Source: a virus (Duplodnaviria > Caudoviricetes). Taken from it: a stretch of DNA of 30,514 nucleotides. The DNA is taken from positions 1-30,514 of the IMG/VR virus record IMGVR_UViG_3300027586_000029; one strand, given 5' to 3'. Positions 15,772 through 24,709 of the stretch are shown one piece after another. How positions within the stretch are numbered: the stretch's first letter is position 1; each line of letters opens with the position of its first letter. Below the pieces are notes generated by a model. That model did no database searches. It was not told the DNA's origin and saw only the letters and a list, made by a program, of their open reading frames with translations. The position numbers were made by a program, and so were the translations under genes.

Positions 15772-17562
15772 ATGACTTATAAAAAGCGTTTTTCCGGACC
15801 CAACACAACAGGTCAACTTAGTCCGATATCGGGAAGTAATAGCAACCAGGGTGCATGGAATAGCGGTGTAACACCTTATAATCCAAAATCAACTAGCTCC
15901 TATAACAATGACCAATTTGGATATAGAAACTATCAAAGTCGTTTACCAGAAGTGTATACTGGTCACCCAAATCGTATTGAACGATACAATCAATATGAAA
16001 TGATGGATGTAGATGCTGAAATTAATGCATGTTTAGATATTATTGCTGAGTTCAGTACACAGAAAAACGAACAAAATAATACACCTTTTGAAGTTGAATT
16101 TACAGAAGAACCAACACCCCATGAAGTTGAATTGATTAAAAAGCAACTACAGCAATGGTGTAAACTCAACGAATTTGATACAAGAACATTTAAAATATTC
16201 CGTAATAGTATCAAGTACGGTGACCAAGTATTCATTCGTGACCCAGAAAATTTCAAGCTATACTGGGTAGATATGACTAAAATAACAAAAGTTATTGTTA
16301 ATGAAAGTGAAGGTAAGAAACCTGAACAATATGTTATTAAAGATATTAACTTAAATTTACAAAATTTAACGGTAACAGAGAAAGTAAGTACAGATTTTGC
16401 CGCAAGCCCAAGTACAGGATTTGGCGGCACCGGTGGAGGTGGCAGTTCAGGTGGCTATACAGTACCAAGCATGCCGCAGGGAACTGCTGGTAGTCGTTTT
16501 ACGTTAGGGTTAAATGAAGCAGCCATCGATGCTAAACACGTATTGCATTTAAGTTTAACCGAAGGTTTAGATAGATTCTGGCCTTTTGGACAAAGTATTT
16601 TAGAAAACGTTTTCAAAGTCTATAAACAAAAAGAACTATTAGAAGATGCTATCTTAATCTATCGTGTACAACGTGCCCCGGAACGTAGAGTATTTAAAAT
16701 TGACGTAGGTAATATGCCAAGTCATATGGCTATGGCTTTTGTTGATAGAGTTAAAAATGAAATTCACCAAAGACGTATACCTAGTGTACAAGGCGGTTCA
16801 AATTTCATGGATGCAACATATAATCCGTTGAGCATGAACGAAGATTACTTCTTTCCGGTAACTGCTGATGGTCGTGGTAGTGATGTTACTACATTACCCG
16901 GTGGTGATAATTTAGGTCAAATTGATGATTTGCGTTATTTTAATAACAGATTAGCACGTGGATTACGTGTGCCAAGTTCATATTTGCCACAAGGCCCGGA
17001 AGATAGCCCAACCCCATTAGCAGACGGTAGAGTTGGAACTGCTATGATTCAGGAGTTTCGTTTCAATCAATATTGTGAGCGACTACAGAAGTATATCAGT
17101 CAAAAACTAAATGATGAATTTAAATTATTCATGCGTTGGAGAGGATTTAATATTGATTCTAGTCTATTTGATATTAAATTTAATGCTCCGCAGAACTTTG
17201 CAGCCTATCGTCAATCAGAACTTGACACATCACGGGTAACTGTATTCCAGTCAATGGAAGCTTTCCCGTATATTAGTAAACGTTTTGCTATGCAACGATT
17301 CTTAGGGTTAACACAAGAAGAAATCGAAGAAAACAACAAACTTTGGTTTGAAGAACGTCAAGAACCAGAAGATAGTGAAGCTAGTGGAAGTGACTTACGT
17401 AGTATTGGTATAAGTCAAGGTGATATGGAAACTGATACTGAAACGGCTGAGAATTTAGAAGCAGGCCCGGATCCATTAGCTAGCCCAGATGGTATGCCAG
17501 TTGCAGTAGGCGGACCTGAAACTATGCCAATGGGCGGTGGCGCACCTGCACCAACTATGTGA
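15772..17562 (+). CDS. gp20: Portal vertex protein
   Basis: LLEDAILIYRVQRAPERRVFKIDVGNMP, EDYFFP and VTTLPGGDNLGQIDDLRYF are T4 gp20 hallmarks. Confidence 0.97.
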   Translation: MTYKKRFSGPNTTGQLSPISGSNSNQGAWNSGVTPYNPKSTSSYNNDQFGYRNYQSRLPEVYTGHPNRIERYNQYEMMDVDAEINACLDIIAEFSTQKNEQNNTPFEVEFTEEPTPHEVELIKKQLQQWCKLNEFDTRTFKIFRNSIKYGDQVFIRDPENFKLYWVDMTKITKVIVNESEGKKPEQYVIKDINLNLQNLTVTEKVSTDFAASPSTGFGGTGGGGSSGGYTVPSMPQGTAGSRFTLGLNEAAIDAKHVLHLSLTEGLDRFWPFGQSILENVFKVYKQKELLEDAILIYRVQRAPERRVFKIDVGNMPSHMAMAFVDRVKNEIHQRRIPSVQGGSNFMDATYNPLSMNEDYFFPVTADGRGSDVTTLPGGDNLGQIDDLRYFNNRLARGLRVPSSYLPQGPEDSPTPLADGRVGTAMIQEFRFNQYCERLQKYISQKLNDEFKLFMRWRGFNIDSSLFDIKFNAPQNFAAYRQSELDTSRVTVFQSMEAFPYISKRFAMQRFLGLTQEEIEENNKLWFEERQEPEDSEASGSDLRSIGISQGDMETDTETAENLEAGPDPLASPDGMPVAVGGPETMPMGGGAPAPTM

Positions 17563-17568
17563 TAAATA
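17561..17568 (+). promoter_or_regulatory. Late promoter (GATAAATA)
   Basis: Overlaps the portal stop codon, upstream of the 74-aa ORF. Confidence 0.6.
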
Positions 17569-17587
17569 GTATATAGGAAATATACAA

Positions 17588-17812
17588 GTGAAATTATTTG
17601 AAATGTTTAATCCATCTGTTGAAGGGTATCAAGATGTTACTAAAGATAACAGTCCGCCCAAGTGGAAAGAAACACGTAAAACAAAATTAACACTGCGTCA
17701 AATAAGAAAATTACGTAAAATGAATGATGTACGTAACTTTGAACGTACTAAAAATCTTAAAAAAATTCGCAAACAATTCACTCCTGTAGCCCCAGAAACT
17801 CCTGGATTATAA
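17588..17812 (+). CDS. Small basic head-module protein
   Basis: 74 aa, GTG start with AGGA upstream, Lys/Arg-rich. Lies between the portal and the core protein. Confidence 0.7.
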   Translation: MKLFEMFNPSVEGYQDVTKDNSPPKWKETRKTKLTLRQIRKLRKMNDVRNFERTKNLKKIRKQFTPVAPETPGL

Positions 17813-17881
17813 CGCTACTAGTACTATCTGTACTAAAAACGTAAAAAAATAGCACATATTGAGTAGTTTTAGCAACTACTC

Positions 17882-17889
17882 ACTAAATA
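17882..17889 (+). promoter_or_regulatory. Late promoter (ACTAAATA) for the core/protease/scaffold/capsid operon
   Basis: TAAATA core upstream of the AGGAGA RBS and ATG 17925. Confidence 0.6.
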
Positions 17890-17924
17890 ACTTTACAAAG
17901 CCATTTCTACGTAGGAGAACAACA

Positions 17925-18797
17925 ATGGATAACAAAAAATTTGAGCAGTTGATTGATTTAATTATCAATGAAGATGAAGATAAAGCACGTGCATTATTTC
18001 ACGATATCGTGGTTGAAAAAAGCCGCGAAATTTATGAATCAATGATGGACGAAGACATGGGCATGGGTGGTATTCAAAACCGTGACCAAGTAGGTGGATT
18101 ACAAAACGAAATCGGTGCCGAAGAACAAGGCATGGCTGAAGATGAAGATGAATTTGCTGACATTGAAATGGATGACGGCGAAGGTGAGATGGACGTCGAC
18201 CTTGACAGCGATGACATGGACGACGGCGAGATGGGTGAAGAAGATTTAGAAGACCGTGTTGTTGACTTGGAAGATAAACTAGACCAGCTAATGGCTGAGT
18301 TTGAAGAAATCATGGGCAACGACGGTGAAGAAGACATGGGCGGCGACGACATGGGCGGCGACGAAATGATGGAAGGTGAAGATGAAGACCTTGAAGAAGG
18401 TGAAGAAGAAGTAACTGAAGCTGAAGATGATGAAGAAGCATTAGAAGAATCTATTCAACTACAAAAAGTTAAGAGTGTAACACATGGCGACAATGGTCAA
18501 CAAACAAAGAGCCCAGTTGCTGGTAAGAACCCAATCGGTGCTCGCCCAGCTAACAAGCTAGGTGGACATGAGTCTACTACAGGTGGTACACAAAGTGGTT
18601 TGTTAAAGCCAACTCCAAGCACAATTCCTGGCAAGTATAAAAATGCCCCAGGCGCTACATTTAGCGAAAAAGGCGAAGCAGCACCAAAGCCAAAGCACGG
18701 TGATGACGGACAAAATACAAAGTCTATCACTAGCGAAAGCAAAAAGAGTGTTAAGAAGCCAGTAGCACAAGCTACTAAAAAGATTGTTAAAAGATAA
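17925..18797 (+). CDS. Acidic prohead core/internal protein (gp67/gp68 position)
   Basis: Start placed at ATG 17925 (RBS AGGAGA). D/E/M-rich middle and K/P/G-rich C-terminus; lies between gp20 and gp21. Confidence 0.65.
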   Translation: MDNKKFEQLIDLIINEDEDKARALFHDIVVEKSREIYESMMDEDMGMGGIQNRDQVGGLQNEIGAEEQGMAEDEDEFADIEMDDGEGEMDVDLDSDDMDDGEMGEEDLEDRVVDLEDKLDQLMAEFEEIMGNDGEEDMGGDDMGGDEMMEGEDEDLEEGEEEVTEAEDDEEALEESIQLQKVKSVTHGDNGQQTKSPVAGKNPIGARPANKLGGHESTTGGTQSGLLKPTPSTIPGKYKNAPGATFSEKGEAAPKPKHGDDGQNTKSITSESKKSVKKPVAQATKKIVKR

Positions 18798-18811
18798 GGT
18801 AACCTGAGATA

Positions 18812-19444
18812 ATGGCTTTGTATCTCAAAGAGCATCTAACTTTCGACCGTGCCAGTATGGTGGTTGAGAGTGAAGGTGAAGGTAGCAAGAAGTCCCTTTA
18901 TATGAAAGGGATATTCATTCAGGGTGGGGTAAAAAACGCTAACGAGCGTGTTTACCCTGTTTCTGAAATCGAATCTGCTGTAAATACTCTAAATGAACAA
19001 ATTCAAACTGGTTATTCAGTTCTAGGTGAAGTAGATCACCCTGATGATTTAAAAATTAATTTGGACCGTGTATCACATATGATTACTCAAATGTGGATGG
19101 ATGGTGCAAATGGATTCGGTAAACTAAAAATTCTACCAACTCCAATGGGACAGTTAGTGTCTACAATGTTGGAGAGTGGTGTTAAACTAGGTGTCAGTTC
19201 TAGAGGCAGCGGTAACGTTGATGATGGTTCTGGCAAAGTCAGTGACTTTGAAATAGTCACTGTGGATATTGTCGCACAACCAAGCGCACCCAATGCGTAT
19301 CCCAAAGTAATTTATGAAGGTATGATGAATTTACGTCATGGTCATAGAATGCTGGAAATTGCAAAAGATGCTCAGGGCGATAAGAAAGTACAGAGATACC
19401 TGAAAGACGAAGTGGTTCGTCTTATCAAGGACCTCAAGATTTAA
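18812..19444 (+). CDS. gp21: Prohead core protease
   Basis: GIFIQGGVKNANERVYP, LGEVDHP, LGVSSRGSG and DIVAQPSAPNAY motifs. Confidence 0.96.
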   Translation: MALYLKEHLTFDRASMVVESEGEGSKKSLYMKGIFIQGGVKNANERVYPVSEIESAVNTLNEQIQTGYSVLGEVDHPDDLKINLDRVSHMITQMWMDGANGFGKLKILPTPMGQLVSTMLESGVKLGVSSRGSGNVDDGSGKVSDFEIVTVDIVAQPSAPNAYPKVIYEGMMNLRHGHRMLEIAKDAQGDKKVQRYLKDEVVRLIKDLKI

Positions 19445-19455
19445 AGGGAAAAGAT

Positions 19456-20556
19456 ATGCTAGATGCAATCAAACCATTACTTGAGTCTGGACTAATCAAT
19501 GAAGAAACCAGTGTCGCTATTAACGAGGCATGGGAATCAAAATTGAATGAAGCTAGAGAACAAGTACGTGCTGAACTACGTGAGGAATTCGCACAACGTT
19601 ACGAACATGACAAACATGTAATGGTAGAAGCCCTTGATAAAATGGTTACTGATGGCTTGACAAGTGAAATTGAAGAATTTCAACTTGAAAAGCAAGCAAT
19701 GAACGAAGACCGTGTTAACGCAAAACGCAAACTACAAGAAAATGCAGCCAAGTTTAATAATTTTATGGTAACTAAGTTATCAGAAGAAATCAAAGAACTA
19801 CGTACTGAGCGTCAAATACAAAAAGAAAGTCAACAAAAGTTAGAACAATTTATTGTTCATGCTCTTGCCCGTGAAATTAAAGAATTCGCACAAGATAAAC
19901 AAGCTGTTGTTGAAGCTAAGGTTAAGTTAGTTGCAGAAGGTCGTAAACAACTAGAAACATTAAAGGCACGTTTCGTGTCTGAAAGTGGAAAACGTGTTAA
20001 CGAAGCTGTAAGTAAACATCTAAAAGGTGAAATGAGCCAATTGAGAGAAGATATTATGACCGCACGTGAAAACGATTTTGGTCGCCGTATCTTTGAAAGT
20101 TTTGCTAGTGAATTCAGTGCTACTCATTTAAATGAGAAGGCTGAAACACGTAAGTTAATGCAAGCATTAATGAAAAAAGACGAACAATTAGCTGAGTCTA
20201 CAAAGAAAATCGCTGAAACTAAGCAATTAGTTGAAAGCACACAACGTGAAGTCCGTATTATTAAAGAATCAACTAATCGCCAACAAGCGATGGATGAATT
20301 GCTAAGTACCCTTAATAAGGAAAAAGCAGTATTAATGCGTGACTTGCTAGAAAGCGTCCAGACACCTCGTCTACAAGCCGCTTTCGATAAGTATCTACCA
20401 GCAGTGCTGAATAATATCAATGAAAGAAAAGAGCCTAAAAAGCAAATGATTTCAGAAAATATTAAAGCAGTCACCGGGGATAAATCTGCCATTAAACAAT
20501 TCGAAGTCGAGCCGCGTGATAACGTGATTGACCTTAGACGTTTGGCAGGGCTCTAA
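19456..20556 (+). CDS. gp22: Prohead core scaffolding protein
   Basis: 366-aa coiled-coil E/K-rich protein between the protease and the major capsid gene. Confidence 0.85.
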   Translation: MLDAIKPLLESGLINEETSVAINEAWESKLNEAREQVRAELREEFAQRYEHDKHVMVEALDKMVTDGLTSEIEEFQLEKQAMNEDRVNAKRKLQENAAKFNNFMVTKLSEEIKELRTERQIQKESQQKLEQFIVHALAREIKEFAQDKQAVVEAKVKLVAEGRKQLETLKARFVSESGKRVNEAVSKHLKGEMSQLREDIMTARENDFGRRIFESFASEFSATHLNEKAETRKLMQALMKKDEQLAESTKKIAETKQLVESTQREVRIIKESTNRQQAMDELLSTLNKEKAVLMRDLLESVQTPRLQAAFDKYLPAVLNNINERKEPKKQMISENIKAVTGDKSAIKQFEVEPRDNVIDLRRLAGL

Positions 20557-20584
20557 ACAAAGACATAATTTAGGAGAAATATAA

Positions 20585-21781
20585 ATGTCACAAGTTCTAT
20601 TAGAAAGCCGTTGGGACGAAACCAAAGAAGCCCTACTTGAAGGTCTTAAAGGTAATCGCCGCTCAACAATGAGTGTTATCTTAGAAAACACTAAAAAACA
20701 GTTACTATCTGAATCTTCAGCTGGTACAACAACATCTGGTAATATTGCTACATTAAACCGTGTGATTCTTCCGGTTATCCGTCGTGTCATGCCAACAGTT
20801 ATCGCTAACGAGTTGGTTGGTGTTCAGCCAATGACAGGACCAGTTGGTCAAATTCACACTCTACGTGTTCGCTATGCTCAGTCTTTAACAGACAACAGCA
20901 CAGCCGCAACAAGCGTAACAGCTGGTGAAGAAGCATTGAGCCCATTCAAAATTGCTCAAGCATACTCAACACAGACAAATGCATCTGGTTCATCATCTAT
21001 CTATACTGGCAATAACACTGCTACTTTAGAAGGTAATGGCGGTAAGCAAATTTCTGTGCAAATCTTGAGACAAGCTGTTGAAGCTAAGTCACGTAAATTG
21101 CAAGCACGTTGGACATTTGAGGCAGCACAAGATGCTCAGTCTCAACATGGTATTGACGTAGAAGCAGAAATCATGGCTGCTCTAGCACAAGAAATTACTG
21201 CTGAAATTGACCAAGAGATTCTATTGAGTCTAAACACATTGGCTACAACAGAGTATACATATAACCAAGCTACCGTTTCAGGTACAGCTACATTCGTTGG
21301 TGACGAGCATGCCGCATTGGCAGTTCTAATCAATCGTGTTGCTAACTTGATTGCTCAACGCACACGCCGTGGTGCTGGTAACTGGGCAGTTGTATCTCCA
21401 GCAGCCTTGACAGTATTGCAATCTGCAACTACTTCAGCATTTGCACGTACAACAGAAGGTACATTCGAAGCTCCAACTAACACAAAACTAGTTGGTACAT
21501 TGAATGGTGCTATGCGTGTATTCGTAAACAGCTACGCACAAGACACAGCTCCTGTACTAGTTGGTTACAAAGGTTCTAGCGAAACAGATGCGGCAGCATT
21601 CTATTGCCCATACATCCCATTGATGTCATCTGGCGTTGTTTTAGATCCATCAACTTTCGAACCAGTCGTATCATTTATGACACGTTATGGTTACATTGAG
21701 TTGACAAACACTGCATCATCTTTCGGTAATGCGGCTGATTACTTGGGCGCTATCGCTGTAAGTAATCTTACATTCCAATAA
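20585..21781 (+). CDS. gp23: Major capsid protein
   Basis: IRRVMPTVIANELVGVQPMTGPVG, VEAKSRKLQARWTFEAAQD, AFYCPYIPL and FMTRYG are T4 gp23 hallmarks. Confidence 0.98.
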   Translation: MSQVLLESRWDETKEALLEGLKGNRRSTMSVILENTKKQLLSESSAGTTTSGNIATLNRVILPVIRRVMPTVIANELVGVQPMTGPVGQIHTLRVRYAQSLTDNSTAATSVTAGEEALSPFKIAQAYSTQTNASGSSSIYTGNNTATLEGNGGKQISVQILRQAVEAKSRKLQARWTFEAAQDAQSQHGIDVEAEIMAALAQEITAEIDQEILLSLNTLATTEYTYNQATVSGTATFVGDEHAALAVLINRVANLIAQRTRRGAGNWAVVSPAALTVLQSATTSAFARTTEGTFEAPTNTKLVGTLNGAMRVFVNSYAQDTAPVLVGYKGSSETDAAAFYCPYIPLMSSGVVLDPSTFEPVVSFMTRYGYIELTNTASSFGNAADYLGAIAVSNLTFQ

Positions 21782-21806
21782 TCTTTTCATAGGGATGGGA
21801 AGTAAG

Positions 21807-21832
21807 AAGCACTCTTCGGAGTGCTTTTTTTT
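21807..21832 (+). terminator. Rho-independent terminator with cUUCGg tetraloop
   Basis: AAGCACTC-TTCG-GAGTGCTT followed by a T-run, just after the capsid gene. Confidence 0.92.
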
Positions 21833-21862
21833 GGATACCGCAAAGTAGTATCCTTAAAAAAT

Positions 21863-21870
21863 GATAAATA
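21863..21870 (+). promoter_or_regulatory. Late promoter (GATAAATA) for the fibre gene cluster
   Basis: Downstream of the terminator and upstream of ATG 21899. Confidence 0.65.
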
Positions 21871-21898
21871 AATAATATAATGATAATTTGGAACATAC

Positions 21899-22630
21899 AT
21901 GTCTATAGCAGGAGATTCATTTAACGCAGTCGGTGGGTATACAATAGGTATACCACCTATACCAGTAATTACTGGAAATAGTAGTAGTGATGTTACTACA
22001 CTTAGTGTTACCTATGCCAATATTGCTACTAGTGCAAATATAGGCGGAGTGTTAATTAATGCTAATACTATATCTGGTGGTTTATTTCTGGGGAATTTTC
22101 AAGGTAACATCGTGGGTAATGTTGTTGTTGGTGGATTAGATACCCAACTTTTATTTAATGATAGCGGAAACATTGGGGCTGACCCAGGATTTACATTTGA
22201 TCCAGCTACACAAGAAGCAGAAATTTCGGGAGTGTTAAGTGTTGGAACACTGTCATTGGGTATAGGGGTAAATCAAGTTACATCTAGTACTGTAACTAGT
22301 GCGGCAACAAGTAGTTCAAATCCAGATCAGGTGTTACATTATTTAATAGCAAGTGAGGTGTGTTCGTTAGATTATACTATTATTGCCACACAAATGGACA
22401 TAGTAACAGAACTTCCAATAGCTAGACAAACTAGTAAATTGTTTGCAACAAAATTGAATACAGAAGTAAGTTATTATGAATATGGTTCGATTGATTTACC
22501 TGCACTAACTGCACATAGTGTAGCAGATTTTAAAGTTAGATATAATTTAGGTAATATTGAACTTACAGCAGAACCTACGTCAAGCGGTACTACCGTGTAC
22601 AAGATTAGTATAATAAGTTATAAAGAATAA
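21899..22630 (+). CDS. Virion fibre/decoration-type protein (short paralog)
   Basis: 243 aa, G/N/S/T-rich. Shares its N-terminal motif and FND-G module with the next two genes. Confidence 0.6.
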   Translation: MSIAGDSFNAVGGYTIGIPPIPVITGNSSSDVTTLSVTYANIATSANIGGVLINANTISGGLFLGNFQGNIVGNVVVGGLDTQLLFNDSGNIGADPGFTFDPATQEAEISGVLSVGTLSLGIGVNQVTSSTVTSAATSSSNPDQVLHYLIASEVCSLDYTIIATQMDIVTELPIARQTSKLFATKLNTEVSYYEYGSIDLPALTAHSVADFKVRYNLGNIELTAEPTSSGTTVYKISIISYKE

Positions 22631-22641
22631 GGAAAATAAAA

Positions 22642-24684
22642 ATGGCAATTAAGACCTTTAACTCAGTTGGTGGATTCTCAGTAGGAGAATCGATCACCAC
22701 AGTAATAGATTCAAACTCTAATGTCACAGCATCATATGCTAACTTTAGTGGAAACGTATCAATATTTCAAGGTAATGTAGATGCATTAAGAATCAAAACT
22801 GATAATCTACTATATGCAAATGGTGATCCATGGGACTTTGATTCTGCAAACGGTTCAACCGATTACGTTCAATTTAAAGGTAGTTCAGGTGACTTAGCAG
22901 GTAATATTAATTTTACATTCAGCGAATCTGGAAATCTATTCAGTGCTAATAGCAACGCAAATATTGCCGGAGCAAGATTTGTATACGAAAATGGTAATGC
23001 TAATGTAACTGCAAATTACTTTATTGGTAAATTTGATGGAGCTATTAGTGGTGCAATTTCTAGTCCTGGTAGTAATACTGAAGTTGCATTCAATGATGAC
23101 GGCATATTAAATGTAAGTAGCAAACTTACATTTATTAAAACTAGTGGTAACTTAACCGTAACCGGTAATGCAGATTTAGGTAATCTAACAACTAGTAATT
23201 ATTTTCATGGATACTTTGATTCATTATCAAACAATCAATCTAACATCACTCAAGTCGGTACACTAATAAATGCTAATGTATCGGGTAATCTTGCCGTGGG
23301 TAACGTTGCTAACGTAGGAAACTTAAAAGTAAACACTGCTGTAGTTTCTAATTTAATACCTAGCGTTGATAACACATATACATTAGGTAATGCAACTAAT
23401 ATGTGGGGAAATATTTGGACTGGTTCAAATATTTGGATTGGCACAGGGGATGCATACCTAAAAGCTAGCGGTGATGTTATACAAACTGCTAACATAAACG
23501 TTTTCAGTAAAACAACTACACTTGATTTGAAAGTTAGACAAGATTCTACTTTTGACAGAGATGTTACTATTTCAGGTAACTTAACTGTTTCAGGTACAAC
23601 TACATATATCAATGCAACTAACTTAAGTACTATTGATCCTTTGATTAGTTTAGGTGCTGATGCTGCCGGCGGAAATATAGCATCATATGATGGCAAAGAC
23701 CGCGGTTTAGTATTACGTAACTACAATGCAGTAGCAGATAGAGTTAATAACCAATTTCTAGGTTGGAGTTCTGCAAGTAATGAATTTAGAGCAGTTGCAG
23801 ATATATCAAGTATCATTCAGGAAGTTGTAACCCCAAATGCAAGTGCAACAGGTAGTGGTTATGCTAATGTACGTGCATATAACTTTTTGGGTAATGTATA
23901 TGGCACAGTTAAAACAGCGGCCCAAGGAGATATCACTAGTTTAGGTACTCTTACTGGGTTGACGGTTCACACAGCCGGAATGACCGGTAATGTAACAACT
24001 GATAATGCTAATGTACTCGGTGTACTTAAAGTAAGTGGGTTAACATATCCAATTGCTGATGGTACGGCACATCAAGTTTTAGAAACTGACGGATCTGGCA
24101 CATTATCATTTACTACCATTGACACGTATCGTATTGCAAATGGTACAAGTGTTGTAACAGTTAATGGCCCCGGTGGTAACATAGAACTTACATCAGCGGG
24201 TGTTACTACGCTTACAGTAACAGATACTTGGGCAAATGTTACCGGTAATGCCTACGTTTCAAATAATTTTACAGTAAACAATATTGCTACTGTAGGTAGC
24301 CTAACATTTAAATCATATTCTGCAGCCGACGGATCTCAATTATCAACTACATCTAGTATAAGAACTCAATCGTTTACTACAACCAGCATATCAAGCAATC
24401 AAACTATTGCTCAAATTGATATAACTGGTACAGGATATAGAGCCGCAGAATTTTTTATTAAAGGTGAGAACCCTGCAGGGGGTAAATACACTGTGGCCAC
24501 AGTACATGCTATACATAATGGGTCTACACTAGTTGATTGGGTGGTATTTGGTTCGGTGAATATAGGTGCCGCATTGCATACAGGATATAGTGTAACATTA
24601 ACGGCAGGCACAACACTTAGATTGAGAGTCTCCCCTTCAACTACGGATTCAATTGTTTGGACAACACAGATTAGATTAATTTAA
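22642..24684 (+). CDS. Virion fibre protein
   Basis: 680 aa, beta-rich GN/AN repeats, VLETDGSGTLSF module, RBS AAGGA. Confidence 0.65.
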   Translation: MAIKTFNSVGGFSVGESITTVIDSNSNVTASYANFSGNVSIFQGNVDALRIKTDNLLYANGDPWDFDSANGSTDYVQFKGSSGDLAGNINFTFSESGNLFSANSNANIAGARFVYENGNANVTANYFIGKFDGAISGAISSPGSNTEVAFNDDGILNVSSKLTFIKTSGNLTVTGNADLGNLTTSNYFHGYFDSLSNNQSNITQVGTLINANVSGNLAVGNVANVGNLKVNTAVVSNLIPSVDNTYTLGNATNMWGNIWTGSNIWIGTGDAYLKASGDVIQTANINVFSKTTTLDLKVRQDSTFDRDVTISGNLTVSGTTTYINATNLSTIDPLISLGADAAGGNIASYDGKDRGLVLRNYNAVADRVNNQFLGWSSASNEFRAVADISSIIQEVVTPNASATGSGYANVRAYNFLGNVYGTVKTAAQGDITSLGTLTGLTVHTAGMTGNVTTDNANVLGVLKVSGLTYPIADGTAHQVLETDGSGTLSFTTIDTYRIANGTSVVTVNGPGGNIELTSAGVTTLTVTDTWANVTGNAYVSNNFTVNNIATVGSLTFKSYSAADGSQLSTTSSIRTQSFTTTSISSNQTIAQIDITGTGYRAAEFFIKGENPAGGKYTVATVHAIHNGSTLVDWVVFGSVNIGAALHTGYSVTLTAGTTLRLRVSPSTTDSIVWTTQIRLI

Positions 24685-24709
24685 GTTAGGCCACATAACG
24701 GAAAATTAT

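Noticed and set aside
17859-17924. Upstream TTG/GTG starts given by the ORF track (17859; also 13268, 11112, 5428)
   Set aside because: The extensions overlap promoters, RBSs or upstream stops, and the downstream ATGs fit better.
21786-21795. TTCATAGGGA shared between the capsid 3' region and 11796-11805
   Set aside because: A single same-strand 10-mer match is easily explained by chance in 30 kb.
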